Shown in pieces: positions 25,161-39,367 of a stretch of 64,000 bases of DNA. The DNA lies in assembly GCF_006345805.1 (NCBI RefSeq), contig NC_043001.1:108562001-108626000 (forward strand). The letters are read 5' to 3'. How positions within the stretch are numbered: the stretch's first letter is position 1; each line of letters opens with the position of its first letter. Under the pieces are notes generated by a model that was given only the letters and a program-made list of their open reading frames with translations, was not told the origin of the DNA and did no database searches. This DNA comes from Octopus sinensis (taxonomy: Eukaryota). The translations under genes and the position numbers were made by a program.

Positions 25161-25629
25161 TTCGTTCACATATTCATAAAAATTCCAATCATTTCTCAGT
25201 TATGATTAAATTTAACCTCTTGATAGGTATAAACTGGGGAACCTCCAATTTATACTCTGAAAGGGGAAATTTTCAATACCAAAATTTTCTTTTATTCTAG
25301 CCGCGATTTAAAGTTCCTTACTTTAGCAGCTTTTAACAATTCAACATTCATTGTCTGAAAATGCTTTCCATCGTTCTTCATGTTGTTAATAACTTTCTCC
25401 TTCATTCCTCATGCGGTTGAAACGTTGAAACTCATGGCGACTACTTGAAGAATGATTAGATGCGTTTTCGTGTCAAAGAAAAATCCCGAAGAATGGCCGT
25501 TACACACACAACCACACACACACACACACACACCACACACACACATACACACACACACACACACACCACACACTCAATAGGGGAAAAATTCAATGTTTGC
25601 AGAGAATATATTTATATATTTGTGTGTGC

Positions 25630-26066
25630 GGGACGTGTATGTATGCATGTATGCATGTATGTATGTATGTATGTATGTATGCATATATATAAGTATGTAT
25701 GTATGTATGTATGTATGTATGTATGTATGTATGTATGTATGTATGCATGCATGCATGCATGTATGTATGTATGCATGCATGCATGTATGTATGTATGTAT
25801 TATGTATGTATGGTATGCATGCTGCATGTATGTATGTATGTATGTGGTATATGTATGCATGCATGCATGTATGTATGTATGTATGCATGCATGCATGTAT
25901 GTATGTATGTATGTATGCATGCATGCATGTATGTATGTATGTATGTATGCATGCATGTATGCATGTATGTATGTATGTATGTATGCATGCATGCATGCAT
26001 GTATGTATGTATGTATGTATGTATGTACGTATGTATGTATGTATGTATATATGTATGTATGTATGC

Positions 26067-26099
<33 letters not shown>

Positions 26100-26520
26100 T
26101 GTTTGTATGTATGTATGTTTGTATGTATGTATGCATTTATGTATGCATGCATGTATGTATGTATGCATGTATGTATGTATGTATGTATGTATGTATGTAT
26201 GTATGTATGTTTGTATGTATGTATGCATTTATGTATGCATGTATGTATGTATGTATGTATGTATGTATGTATGTTTGTATGTATGCATTTATGTATGCAT
26301 GTATGTATGTATGTATGTATGTATGTATGTATGTTTGTATATATGTATGCATTTATGTATGCATGTATGTATGTATGTATGTATGTTTGTATGTATGTAT
26401 GCATTTATGTATGCATGTATGTATGTATGTATGTATGTATGTATGCATGCATGCATGCATGCATGTATGTATGTATGTATAAACATATATGTGTGTGTAT
26501 GCATATATATATATATATAA
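25630..26520. repeat. ~0.9-kb (TATG)n/(CATG)n microsatellite
   Basis: Visible directly; source of the spurious MYVC/HTYI ORFs. Confidence 0.92.
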
Positions 26521-27234
26521 TTCCAATATGTATGTATGCATATATATTTCCTTCTGGGAAGACATAGAACCCATAAACCACCCTGCCCGGGTCACGGTGA
26601 TTTTCTGAAGCCCTGAAAAGGGCGGAAATGCTACAATCATTGGAAAGCAGGAGAGTGGTAGGGAATGAAATGCAAAGTATAAAAAAAACACTTTGTCTTT
26701 GGATTCCTTCCAACTTCACAGAACGAATTACACTTTTGTGAATCTTGGTCCGGGAAACCCGTTAGTTTGACTGACACTGAAATCTTCTGTAGGACCCGCG
26801 ACTGTAGACGAAAAATTAGCAGTAAAAAGACATATGTTCGAGCAAGTTCGATGGGTGATGAACAGTGTGAGAATCCTCTGGAAGAGACCGTTTGGGTGAT
26901 AGACTTAGACTGTCACCCAATTTAACCCCAACACCTAGCCATTGGGTGTCTTTAGCGGTGGCCAATTTGTCGCAGCCATTAAGGCCTGATCTCCAGGATA
27001 AGGACACCTTGTGCTTTCTTCCTTCGCCCAACTTGAAGCCCCTGGAAAGTGTCATAGCCGCTGCTTCTCTTCATTTGATTGGGTGATGAAACCCGTGGCT
27101 TTCAACCAGGGTACATATGACTCCTGGGGTCCACATAAGACTTTGATGCTAAGATGTATGTGCAATTTGTTGGTTTTACTTCCACAATAAACAAAATTCT
27201 TTAACGTTTTTGAAATATAATTCCTAATAATAAT

Positions 27235-27880
27235 TACTCTTTTACTCTTTTACACGTTTCAGTTATTTGACTGCGACCATTCTGGAGCACCGCCTTTAGT
27301 CGAAGAATTAAACACGCCAGGACTTATTCTTTGTAAGCCTAGTACTTATTCTATCGGGCTCTTTTGCCGAACCGGCAAGTTTCGGGGGACATAAACACAC
27401 CAACATCGGTTGTCAAGCATAAAGACACAGACGGTCAGACAGACAGACAGACACACACACACACACACACACATACACACACACACACTCACACACACAC
27501 ACACACACGTGTGTGTGTGTGAGTGTGGAATCGCAATGGCCCAGTGATTAGGGCAGCAGACTCGTGGCCATAGGATCACGATTTCGATTCCCAGACTGGG
27601 TGTTGTGAGTGTTTATTAAACGAAAACACCTAAAGCTCCACGTGGCTCTGGCAGAGGGAGGTGGCAAATAACTTTCTCTCACTCTTTCTTCCTGTTTCTG
27701 TTGTTCCTGTGTTTCAAAGGGCCAGCCTTATCACACTATCTGAGACGCTGAATCTCCCTGAGAACTACGTTAAGAGTACACGTGCCTGTGGAGTGCTCAG
27801 CCACTTGCACGTTAATTTCACGAGCAAGCTGTTCCGTTGATCGTATCAACTGAACCTCGTCGTTGTAACCGACGGAGTGC

Positions 27881-27956
<76 letters not shown>

Positions 27957-28118
27957 ACGGGCTTCTTTCAGTTTCCGTCAAGCAAATCCACTCACAAGGC
28001 TTTGATCGGCCTGAGGCTATAGTAAAAGACAATAGCCCAAGGTGCCACGCAGTGGGACTGAACCCAGAACCATGCTGTTTGTAAGCAAGCTTCCTACCAC
28101 ACAGACACTCCTACGCCA
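27235..28118 (-). mobile_element. SINE family A (-) split by a nested SINE family C (+, 27528-27882)
   Basis: 3' half at 27235-27510 and 5' half at 27883-28118; SINE C sits inside the internal microsatellite. Confidence 0.8.
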
Positions 28119-28129
28119 CATGTGAAACT

Positions 28130-28291
28130 TATTGGTTTTACTTCTACAAATTACAAAATTTTAAAACATTTTTAAAAATATAATTTCAAATTATATTTAA
28201 TTACAAAAATATGATAGAATTTTTTTTAAGACATTGAATGGACATGGGGGTCCGTCCTAGTAGAATAGAAACCAACGGTTGAGAATCACTG
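28130..28291. mobile_element. hAT-like MITE remnant (related piece at ~27094-27235)
   Basis: End ggttgagaatcactg and start gtggctttcaaccaggg resemble cagtg.tt.tcaacc TIRs; both share ttggttttactt.cacaa. Confidence 0.45.
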
Positions 28292-28729
28292 CATTAAACA
28301 ATTATAAGCGATACACGTAACCAAGCGATTGAATTAATAGAGATCGATAAAATAAATGCCACGAGCAAATAAGCACGGGGGTTAATATGGTCGATTAAAG
28401 AGAAAACCCTAGAAGGCTGTTTCACAACATGGCCGCAGTTCTGTGGTTGGAAGCCGTAAAGAAGTAATGCACAAGAGGCATGAGTCGGTGCAACGTGAAG
28501 TTTAGAACTGTTCGCTGGTAACAGTAATATTATAAGCAATTAGATACAGATTTTACGATTATCCATTAATTCCATCGTAGATAAGTAAAAAAAAAAAAGT
28601 AAGTGTATTAAGCTAATCTCTGAAATCTAATCCTTTTTTTTAGTTTATAGTATGAAATGTTTTGTTATATAATTTTTAAACAGAATAACAACCTTTGTCA
28701 CATTTAAAAATATTGGTAGCTGAAGACAT

Positions 28730-28951
28730 GTTGGGGGGGGGGGGTGAGGGTGAAAGAGAGAGTGAGGGGGAGGAGAGAGGAATGGAGAGAGGGAGAGATA
28801 CAGAGCGAGACAGTGAGGGCGAGAGAGAAAGTGAGAGATAAAGCGGGAGAGGTAGAGAGATAGAAAGGGGGGAGGCACAGAGAAAGAAAAAGAGGGGGAC
28901 GATAAAAGTGAGAGAAAAGAGAAAGAGAGGGAGTTGTTGTTGTTGTTGGTT

Positions 28952-28995
<44 letters not shown>

Positions 28996-29045
28996 CAAGA
29001 AGAAGAGAAAGTAATAGCAGTAGAAAAATCAGTAGTAGTAGTATT

Positions 29046-29086
<41 letters not shown>

Positions 29087-29657
29087 TAGGTTGTGGATGG
29101 AAAAAGAGTAAAGATTATAGACTAAGGCAGAGAGAAAACGAGAAAAGGAAAAATAATTAAAATGGCGGTTTTGAGAGAAAATGTTTTGTATGTAAGAAAG
29201 AGAAGAAAAAGAAAGAGAGAGAAAAGAGAGGGAGAGAGGGAGGGAGAAAGAAAGAGGGATAGAGAAAGAGAAAAATAGAAAGCGTGGAAGAAACGGACGT
29301 ATATAGGAAGGGGAGGTGAATGTAAAGAGGATAAAGTATTCTGAGAGGATAAAAGTAGAGACAGAGAGGCTATGAAAGCGAGAGAGAGAGAGAGAGAGAG
29401 ATAATGTGTGTGTGTACGTGTGTACGCTCGCGTGGGTGTGGGCGAAAGAGAAATGAAAGGAAAGACGAATACACGGAGAGAAACCGACTGAGACAAGTAA
29501 AAAATATGGACGATAGAGCAAAATAAAATAAAGCTAGAAGATATGAGGGAAGAATATGTGGCGGGGGGGGGGGGTGAAAGTCTGAGGAGAGAAATGAGAT
29601 AGATGGTGGCGTAATGGAAATGGTAGAGAGGGAGAGAGAATGAGAGACGCTGGCTGA

Positions 29658-29689
<32 letters not shown>

Positions 29690-29720
29690 AAGAAAGAAAG
29701 AAAGGGAGAGAAGAAACTGG
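28730..29720. repeat. ~1-kb polypurine (GA-rich) low-complexity tract with (GTA)/(GCA)n
   Basis: Visible directly. Confidence 0.85.
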
Positions 29721-29828
29721 AAAATCTGTAAAATAGACTTAATGAGACGAGGTTTAATGTGAACCGTTGTTTCTGATGTGGAGTGTAAGAGCCATTTATA
29801 CATTTCTATCTATCTATCTATCTATCTG

Positions 29829-29888
<60 letters not shown>

Positions 29889-29897
29889 CCTATATGA

Positions 29898-29934
<37 letters not shown>

Positions 29935-29944
29935 CCATGATAGA

Positions 29945-30110
29945 TCGGTAGCCACTACACAGATTTTTTCTCTCCTTGTTTGTTTCTGTGTTCCTTTCTG
30001 TAGAAGAGCGTAGGCTCGAAACGTAAAAGACTTTTTTCTATTCCCGAGCGTTATACTAATACATCTGTTTGTTGTCTAAACCACCTGTCTTCGTCTTTTG
30101 TTTTTTTTTC
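29945..30110 (+). mobile_element. Penelope pLTR-type repeat with minimal hammerhead variant (29994-30029)
   Basis: CTTT-CTGTAGA-A-GAGC-GTAG-GCTC-GAAA-C-GTA-AAAG; homologous to 56150-56275. Confidence 0.6.
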
Positions 30111-30189
30111 GTGAATTTTTATAAATTTATTATTGGGTCTGAATTGAAACAATTGTAAGGTTATAATATTTATATTACATTATCTTATA

Positions 30190-30700
30190 ATAATAATATA
30201 TTTTATACATAATTTACAATGGACGGATATGTATCCTCATCTTGTTTGTTGTTATCACAAAGAGAGACAGACAGACAGAAATAAAGAGCGAAAGAGAGCC
30301 TTCATTTGGTGTTCTGTTTCGAACCTAACCCTTTATTTGACTAATAGGGTACACTGATGTCATTTTTCTGTTGATATTATTTTTCAGTAACTTAGAATCC
30401 GAGGGTTAGTAGTCCGTGCTCTTATCCACTACGCTATATGCCAGTGGGCAATTATCGAGTGAATTTTAGAGCTTTTAAACCTAGTATTTTATCTATACTT
30501 AATACTGGTTTCCATATTACATTCATGTCAGCAATAAGCCTGCTTAGGTTGGGTTCGAAATTCCACCAGAACACCTGATGACGACTGGAGAGTACATCAG
30601 CCGAAACGTTGTGATAGCAACAAACAAGATGAGGACAAATATCCGTCCATTATAAATAAAGTACACAATTCCTAATCTCAAAAATATAGAATAGTATTAA
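30190..30700 (+). mobile_element. Penelope pLTR-type mini-element with inverted flank and minimal hammerhead (30571-30614)
   Basis: ACAC-CTGATGA-C-GACTG/CAGCC-GAAA-C-GTT-GTG; 30210-30260 is an inverted copy of 30609-30657; same family as 19680-19875. Confidence 0.6.
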
Positions 30701-31590
30701 AATGTGTTAATCGCAAATCTCCATTTTCTTTTCATTTATATATATACATATGTGTGTGTGTGTGTGGTGTGTGTCTGTGTGTGTGTGTTGTGTGTGTGTG
30801 CATGTGTATGTGTGTGCGCACGTGTGTGTGTGTATACATGTATATACTTTATTTGTGGGTTATCCAAGATGGGGACGAACACTAACGTTCCATGTGAAAG
30901 ACTTGGTAATTGTTAAGAGATATGTCTCTCTTAACATGAAACCAATGGTAGCCTAGTTAACTCACAAATAAAGAATATTCTTCCATTAATGTGATGTTGA
31001 ACACTCATTCTCACGGTTTAATATACATACATACATACATGCATACATACATACATACATACATACATACATACATACATACATACATACATACATACAT
31101 ACATACATACATACATACATACATGACATACATATATATGACGGGATCAACAACTCTGAGTTTTCTGCAGATGAGTAGAAATTCCTTGCAAAGATAGGAT
31201 ACCATCTTCTTCCAAATTAACGTAGGAACTCCGAACAGCTGACCGTTTTATCCACATTCTCACCCCCAATCGTGGCTTTAATGGAAGTCGAGTGAATAAA
31301 CACGTGTAAAGTGGAGAGGTCCTTGAAGCAAGGTCAGGTGTTGAAAGACTTCATGCTATTCTATGTAGGAGTAATAGTAACTAGGAATTTAAGGGGTCTC
31401 CAGTATGCCTGTATGATAATGCTCTTAGCTGACCAGTCAGAATGGATCTTGTCGAATGGAAATACTTTTGGAAAGGTCTAGATCTAGTGCTGGATTAACC
31501 ATTAATACAAAACCACGTGCTTAAAACTTAAAGGGAAAAAGAGCAAGAGAGGAATACATACATACATACATACATACATACATACATACA

Positions 31591-31624
<34 letters not shown>

Positions 31625-31646
31625 CATACATACATACACACATACA

Positions 31647-32008
31647 TAAAGATGAGCTGCCCTGCAGATATAAATATCTCTGAAAATCAAAGAAAAAGAG
31701 GATATTAATGGATAGCTGCTTCGAAACCTCCAGCTTCTATATCCAGATCATGAATTCACATTCATACCAATAATAATTGAAGCACTAGGTTTTGTTAGTA
31801 AATGCTTAAACGAAAATCTAGATGAACTGGAATTTTCAGAGAGAGAGAAATCGACCAGCTGATTCGTACATTACAAGTGCAGTCTGTGAGTGGAACAGTA
31901 CAAATATGCAAGACTTTTCTCAAGTTCCAAATGTGAATTGGAACTTGTATCTTTGTTGGAAACCGGCTCCTTCCTCAGTAGAAGATTTATAATAATTAAA
32001 AAATAAAA
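31647..32008 (+). mobile_element. RLE-type LINE 3' end (TACA-associated family Y)
   Basis: MSCPADINI..KEKED..LLRNLQLLYPDHEFTFIPIIIEALG..LQVQSVSGTVQICKTFLKFQM* (stop 31934-31936); (TACA)n on both flanks. Confidence 0.8.
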
Positions 32009-32087
32009 GATACATACATACATACATACATACATACATACATACATACATACATACATACATACATACATACATACATACATACAT

Positions 32088-32200
32088 AAAAGAAAAATAC
32101 GCTGTGGTTGACGTTGAAATTCCAACGGAGTAGCCTTGGATCTAGGTTAGAAACCTGTTCTTTCTCTATTGGCAAGAAATCTTGAAATAAACTGAATTAT
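32088..32200 (+). mobile_element. 3' UTR of RLE-LINE family X
   Basis: Matches the reverse complement of 55382-55470; runs straight into (CATA)n. Confidence 0.7.
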
Positions 32201-33964
32201 GACATACATACATACATACATACATACATACATACATACACACGGATGAAATCAGTATCAATGGCCGTCCAACTGCTGGGAGATTTTGTTTAAACATTTC
32301 TCTTGAAGAAGGAAAGCTCTGTTATAACACCTGTCACTACGTTTTGCATCCAATGATGTATGGAAATTCTTCTTTTGGGGCAAATGCATACACTGCTTAG
32401 ACAGTGTGAGAGGGCCCCGTGCAGGGTCTTTCCTCGTTCTAAAATGATTCAGGTACAAACATCGCTCGACAAACGTCTCTATTATGTGCTGCATAGTGTA
32501 AAAAGCTGTTGCCGAGAATTAAACATTTCGTGAGAATGAGGAAATGAAGGTATATGTCAGCGCGGGGTGGGGTGGGGTAACTTTATGAACACCTGCTGCA
32601 GGGGACATTCATCGTTGCTACACAGGTGCAAAAGAGTGTGGGTCTCTGCAAGACTGAAAAGCCATGACTAGAGCTGTTCATGTTTAAGAGAACAATCATG
32701 TGATGATATTTCTCGAAACTAAGTTGCACCTATCATGTATGTATGTATGTATGTATGTATGTATGTATGCCTGTATGTATGCATGCATACATACATACAA
32801 ACATACATATGTGTGCATGGGTGCGTGTACAAATATATGTGTGTGCATATATATATATAATATTAATTCGAGACAAAACCACTATTTTGCAAATCAAACA
32901 AGGAAAGACTTAATCAATACATAAAAAAATTTTAATATAAAGTAAATAAATCGCCACTACAATTGTTTCATGTCTTCAAATGACATTCGTCAGGTGGATT
33001 TCCGATCTTCTATTCAGTTTTAATTTATGTATATATATGCACGAGAATATGCTCACATACACACAAATACCAGGATTCGATTCATGAGTCACTTATCAAA
33101 GTGTGGCACTCGCTTTATTTTCCACTATTGCAGTTAATCACTATGATTTCTCAGCAAGACATGTTCGAGTTGGAATCCAGATAACTAGAAGAACCCACTA
33201 GGGAGACAGCTGTAGTAACTGAGACCAGCTGACTGTGCTTATGATTTAACAAACTGCAAATAGGAGCTTTCTGCAGGCGAAGTGTACAGGCTCAGAGATG
33301 AAACGCTCTATGATCCTGAAATTATAGCATGACAACATCAATTCTGAACAAAGACATGCAAATAAGATGCCTTCTGATGAGATTCCAGTTTCATATCTAT
33401 CGTATTCCAAGCAGCGGTATTTACCGTATCTATCGTATTCAGAGCAGCGGCATTTACCATGTTGAATCGACAGTGTAATCCGGGGGGCACTTTGTAAAGT
33501 AGTTGATGGTGCAATCGTCCCGAATATTATTTTTACACAGTTCGAATCCTGTTCGAGGGCCCGTGCGTCCTTGTGTGCAAGGGAGAGATAAGATTCTGGA
33601 GAACTTAGTAAAGAACATCTGAGCCCAACGATTAAAATGCTTTACGTTTTCTAAGTGCATCTTACTGGATAGATATTAACCTTATCGATGTAAATACATT
33701 ATTACCGATGTCAGATAACTGTTAAGTATCTTCTTTTCCCAGTTTTTCTTGGTGACTAATCAATAAGAAGTCAATGTTTTAATTATATGAGAAGCACATA
33801 AGCAGAACATTTAGAAGCTGGGGTCAAACCAGAGCGATCCCCCCTAAATAACGTACGTTAAGAGATTTTATGCCGTCTTCTACGTGTGGAAGGTGAGCAG
33901 GGAGTCAAAATTTCCCTTCGACTGTCCTGTGCTACTATTGTTACTCAGTATCAATCTAAGTCGT

Positions 33965-34200
33965 TTCTCATTTCTTTATTGCCCACAAGGAGCAAAACAT
34001 AGAGGGGACAAACAAGGACAGACATGGGGATTAAGTCGATTACATCGACCCTTGTGCGTAACTGGCACTTTATTTATTGACCCCGAAATGATGAAAGGCA
34101 AAGTCGACCTCGGCGAAATTTGAACTCAGAACATAAAGATAGACGAAATACCGCTAAGCATTTCGCCCAGAGTGCTAACGTTTCTGCCAGCTCGCCGCCT
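33965..34200 (-). mobile_element. SINE family B monomer
   Basis: Head, core and tail type 1. Confidence 0.8.
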
Positions 34201-34246
34201 TAATCTAAGTCGTTTCACTCTAAGCCGTATCAGTCTAAGTCATTTC

Positions 34247-34710
34247 TGTAGGCGTGTGTGGTATGGAGTTTACTTCCAAACTATGCTGTTGCGAGTTCAG
34301 TCCCACTGCGCGGCACTTTGGGCATATGTCTTCTTCTATAGCCCTGTGCCGACCAAAAATTTGTGAGTGGGTTTGGCAGACGGAAACTTTAAAGAAGCTT
34401 GTATGTACACACACGCGGACACACAGACGCGCGCGAGCGCACACACACACATACACTCACATACATATATGTATGTATATCTACGTATGTGTGTCTTTGT
34501 GTTTGTCTCCCAACACTACTTGACAACCGGTGCTGGTTTGTTTACGTCCCCTATAACTTAGCGGTTCCTCAGAAAGAAACCTATAGAATAAATACCAGGC
34601 TTTAAAAAAAATATAAGTATTGAGGGCGATTTATTCGACCAAACCCTTCAAGCCGATGCTCCATCATGGCCGTAGTTCAATGGCAGAAACAAAAGATAAA
34701 AATGATAAAA
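34247..34710 (+). mobile_element. SINE family A, diverged full copy
   Basis: Head, microsatellite and tail. Confidence 0.8.
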
Positions 34711-34719
34711 GTTTCTGAT

Positions 34720-34758
<39 letters not shown>

Positions 34759-35369
34759 TGTGTGTGTGTGTGTTTCCACATTGGCCGATCTATCATTAAC
34801 TTTTATTTTAAAGACTTTAGGATCCGATTTGAGTAAGATTTAGCAGCTATTTCTCGCTCGTTGAGGTTCCTTTTTTTCGCCTGTCCAGAGTTTATGAAAT
34901 AAGTACTATTCATTGGTTTTGTAGGTTCTTTATTGCCATTAATCTTCATGAAGCCATCAAGCAATACACTAAATATACAGAGCTGTCGTATCTGCAGAAA
35001 TAACAGATTCTACATGAGTTTTTGAGTTTAAATCCAGTTTGAGTAATCTTCTGCAGCTCTGCTATTCATGAATCCAGAATCAACAAAAATTAAATACGTA
35101 TCTTTTTCATGTTCTTGTTTAGCCTCAGATCAGTCCAGATAAAACTGACTGTGCTGTTCTTTTCCTCTTTCTTTCTTTCTTTCTTTTTTTTTTTTTTGCC
35201 TACTTCAGGCTAAATATATCCCGAACTACATTATCCAATGTATTCTATATTTTGTTTATAATGGGAGGATATTGTTTGAAGATAATTTGACTGCTCTTTC
35301 TTGTAGGTTGGTGTGATCACATAAAGGCCTCACTCATTGACTTTTACTCGTAAGCACTTAGAATATATT

Positions 35370-35985
35370 CTTCTCTACTCTAGGCACAAGGCCCGAAATT
35401 TTGGTAGGGGTCAGTCGATCAGGTTGACTCCAGTACGCAACTGGTACTTAATTTATCGACCCCGAAAGGATTTAAAGCAAAGTCGACCTCAGCGGAATTT
35501 GAACTCAGAACGTAGAGACAGACGAAATACCTATTTCTTTACTACCCACAAGGGGCTAAATATAGAGAGGACAAACAAGGACAGACAAACAAATTAAGTC
35601 GATTATATCGACCCCAGTGCGTAACTGGTACTTAATTTATCGACCCCGAAAGGATGAAAGGCAAAGTCGACCTCGGCAGAATTTGAACTCAGAACGTAAC
35701 GGCAGACGAAATACTGCTAAGCATTTCGCTCGGCGTGCTAACGTTTCTGCCAGCTCGTCGCCTTTAATAATTATAATATTCTTTTCTACTCTAGGCACAA
35801 GGCTCGAAATTTTGTGGGAGGGGACCAGTCAATTAGATCGACTCCAGTATGCAACTCGTACTTAATTTATCGACTCCGAAAGGATGAAAGGTAAAGTCGA
35901 CCTCGGCGGAATTTGAACTCAGAACGTAGAAACAGACGAAATACCGCTAAGCGTACTAACATTTCTGCCAGCTCGCCGCCTTATC
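35370..35985 (-). mobile_element. SINE family B trimer (dimer plus monomer) with TSD
   Basis: Flanks cacttagaatatatt (35355-35369) and cacttggaatatatt (35986-36000). Confidence 0.8.
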
Positions 35986-38036
35986 CACTTGGAATATATT
36001 ATAGGCTTTTGATTTGACCGACCACACTGATAGTAGCCTTCTACTTATCGAAAAAGATCGGATGTTTAAGAAAAGAATGGGAGTTTCGTGAATGCTGGAT
36101 AACTTCTGGAAAACTCACTAACAGGAATTTTCCAAGATTTTTCTCAGAGTTTTCGTCAAGTACATTAAGAACCGCTTTGATCGGAATCTGAAACTAGCTT
36201 CACATCTAAATAAGAAACTATAAACTAGATTTTTTTAATTTGTTTCTTTGACGGAATAACGGATACATATGGGGACAGGGGATAAGATTGTGTGATATTT
36301 ACGCCCTTCTCACATTCATTGGTGTTTTCCGAGCTAAAGAAAGATCCACCTGTGACCGACCTGCTAGAAATAGCAGCGATATATCTCTCAGATCACATCC
36401 TGTCGTCATTAATATGCAAAATAACATAACAGCTTGCTTAACTGTCACTCGCAAGAGACCTGAAAGCAAGTAACACGTTTTCGTTTACTGTTTTCTGTGC
36501 TTATGAAATTGCGATCGGACATAGACGCCCTCTCGACTCTCCACACTTGACCTGGGAGAACACTGAGGATGTAACAGCTGGAGAGAGAGAGAGAGGGGGT
36601 TGCTCTCAATCACAGATGGTGTTTATTTCCAGCTGGGTTGACTGAAACAACGTGAAATGGTATGCGTTACTCCAAAACCCAACGATCCTTATAATCGTGA
36701 AGTCAACGCCTTAGCCATTAGGAGACGCACATTTGCTACACATTAGATAATGGACACTAACGTTTCTGCTATGCGGGATGGTCACGATGTGAATTCGTTT
36801 GACCGATATCTGCTCTTTCAAAAAGTTGGACTGAGTCTGAACAACGAAAATTACAAAAACAGCAACAAACACTTATCGTTAAGAATTGATTTAATCCCGT
36901 TTCTCAGTTTAACACCGCCAACTGGTCTATTAGGTAACTTTAACAAAAAACGATCAGTTAGAAGCATTCTAGCCAGATCTTCGATCTGAAGATAATGCTC
37001 TCCCTTCCTCTCAGCAATTTCAAGGGATCATGAGAATTGCCCCGACATTTTCCCTATGTATGCCGTATCAAAAGAGCTCAAACGCAGCAAATATGAATCT
37101 TACGTCGTACTTTCGTCTCTGTAAGATCCTCTTTCTAAGTGTCTCGCCACAGAATAATTGATTTCTCTGGTGACATGACAGCCGAGTATATTAGATGAGG
37201 AAAGTATAAAACGATAATAACGATAATCTTCATGTATTTAAAAGGGCATTAGAGATAGAAATAAAACTACTGGTCAGCCAATATATCGCTGTCAATATAT
37301 GGCGATATAAGAAACCTTTACTAAAACCTGGTTTTCTGGCCGTTATGAAGTGTTAACATCAATCTGTATATTCTACTCTCTTTACAAAGTATAACAAAGC
37401 ATTTCTGTTTGAAAATTAATGAATGAAATCAAATCAAAAACAACAAACAAGCAAACATGATTGTAATTAGAAACTCTACTCACTTCCTTTTGGTGACCAT
37501 CTTTGGTATATGTCTTGAAGGATCAAACGGAACCTGAAGGCGATCGTTTGAAATAATTTCACGCGGATTTTACTTCAAATAATAAATGGGTAAATTATTG
37601 TATTATATAATTTTTTTTTATGAATATGTATGTCTCTCAGGATGTGGATACAACGGATCCTTGGTTTAATAAAAAAAAAATCAGAATAAAAGTATTCTTA
37701 ACTCTTGCTGTTCGTTTGCTTCCTCGTTGAAAGCAACAGACTATAATGATCTCTGTTATTCTTTGCAGTTCGTGTATGCCACCTCACTTTCAGTGAATAT
37801 AAAGACAATATGATGGAGTAGTTTTCCTCAGACTACTTCCCGTACATGAGAACTGAATATGAGCTAGCTGCCAATTTTGGCGTTCATTACCAGTTAATCT
37901 GTGTTAATATGCTGACGATTAATCGCCGAGCACATGCAAATCAGTAGCAGCCATTATATATTGGCGTTCGTATTTAACTTACATAATCACATTTATACAT
38001 AGATTATACGAAACGATATTATATCTATCTGTCTGC

Positions 38037-38115
<79 letters not shown>

Positions 38116-38974
38116 CCAATCAATCAATCTATCTATTTAATCACCGACTTACCTGCATACGGATATTTTACTTATCTCCACACCTACGGATCTCTCTCTC
38201 TCTCTCTCTCTCTATCTATATATCTATCGATCAATCGACTTCTCTCTCACTCTCTCTCTCACTCTCTCTTACACTCTCTCTCACACACACTCTCTCTCTA
38301 TCTGTGTGTGTGTATGCATATATATTATACATACACATACATGTATATACATATGTATGTGTATATACACTTCGCCTTTCATCCTTTCTCTCTCACTCTC
38401 TCTCACACTCTCTCTCACTCTCTCTCTCTATCTATGTGTGTACATGCATATATATATTATACATACACATACATGTATATACATATGTGTGTGTATATAC
38501 ACTTACCTATCTACCTACTTTATCAATCTATCTATCTACCTACCTACCTACCTACCTACCCATCCAATCAGCCATCCAACCATCCATCCATCCATTAATG
38601 TACGTCACACTTGTTGCTTTTTTCTCCATTTATCCATTCATACATTTGTCAATCCATCTTGCCTACAGCTAAGTAGCCACTTACTAACGTTCCACCTCCT
38701 TTTGTTAATCCTGAGACGAGAATCTTTTTCAACTGGTTTTTATGTCAATTGATCTCTCGTATGATAGCCTTCCAATCAATACAGGAATCATCTTACCTAA
38801 TTTTACCATACCTTTCCGTAAACTTCTATAGAATATCGTCTGTCTTATAAACTGCTAGAGTCATTATATGTCTTTTATTTTATGCAGACGTTTCAAATAG
38901 TCCGCCATGTTTGATCGCCAGACAGCCATATTTTCTCTTATCTCTTAAATCGTTTATATTGTCAGTCAGTCAAC

Positions 38975-39010
<36 letters not shown>

Positions 39011-39027
39011 TATATATATATATATAT

Positions 39028-39064
<37 letters not shown>

Positions 39065-39070
39065 TATATA

Positions 39071-39124
<54 letters not shown>

Positions 39125-39190
39125 ATCTATATATTATATATATATATATATGGGTGTATATATATATATATATATAATATATATATATGC

Positions 39191-39236
<46 letters not shown>

Positions 39237-39306
39237 ATACATATATATTATATATGTATATATATATATATAATATATATAATATATATATATATTATAT
39301 ATATAT

Positions 39307-39365
<59 letters not shown>
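38975..39365. repeat. (TA)n microsatellite
   Basis: Visible directly. Confidence 0.9.

Positions 39366-39367
<2 letters not shown>

Noticed and set aside
32240-33450. Coding-looking unique stretches (also 26600-27080, 31200-31490)
   Set aside because: All frames are interrupted, with no recognisable domain and no consistent splice sites.
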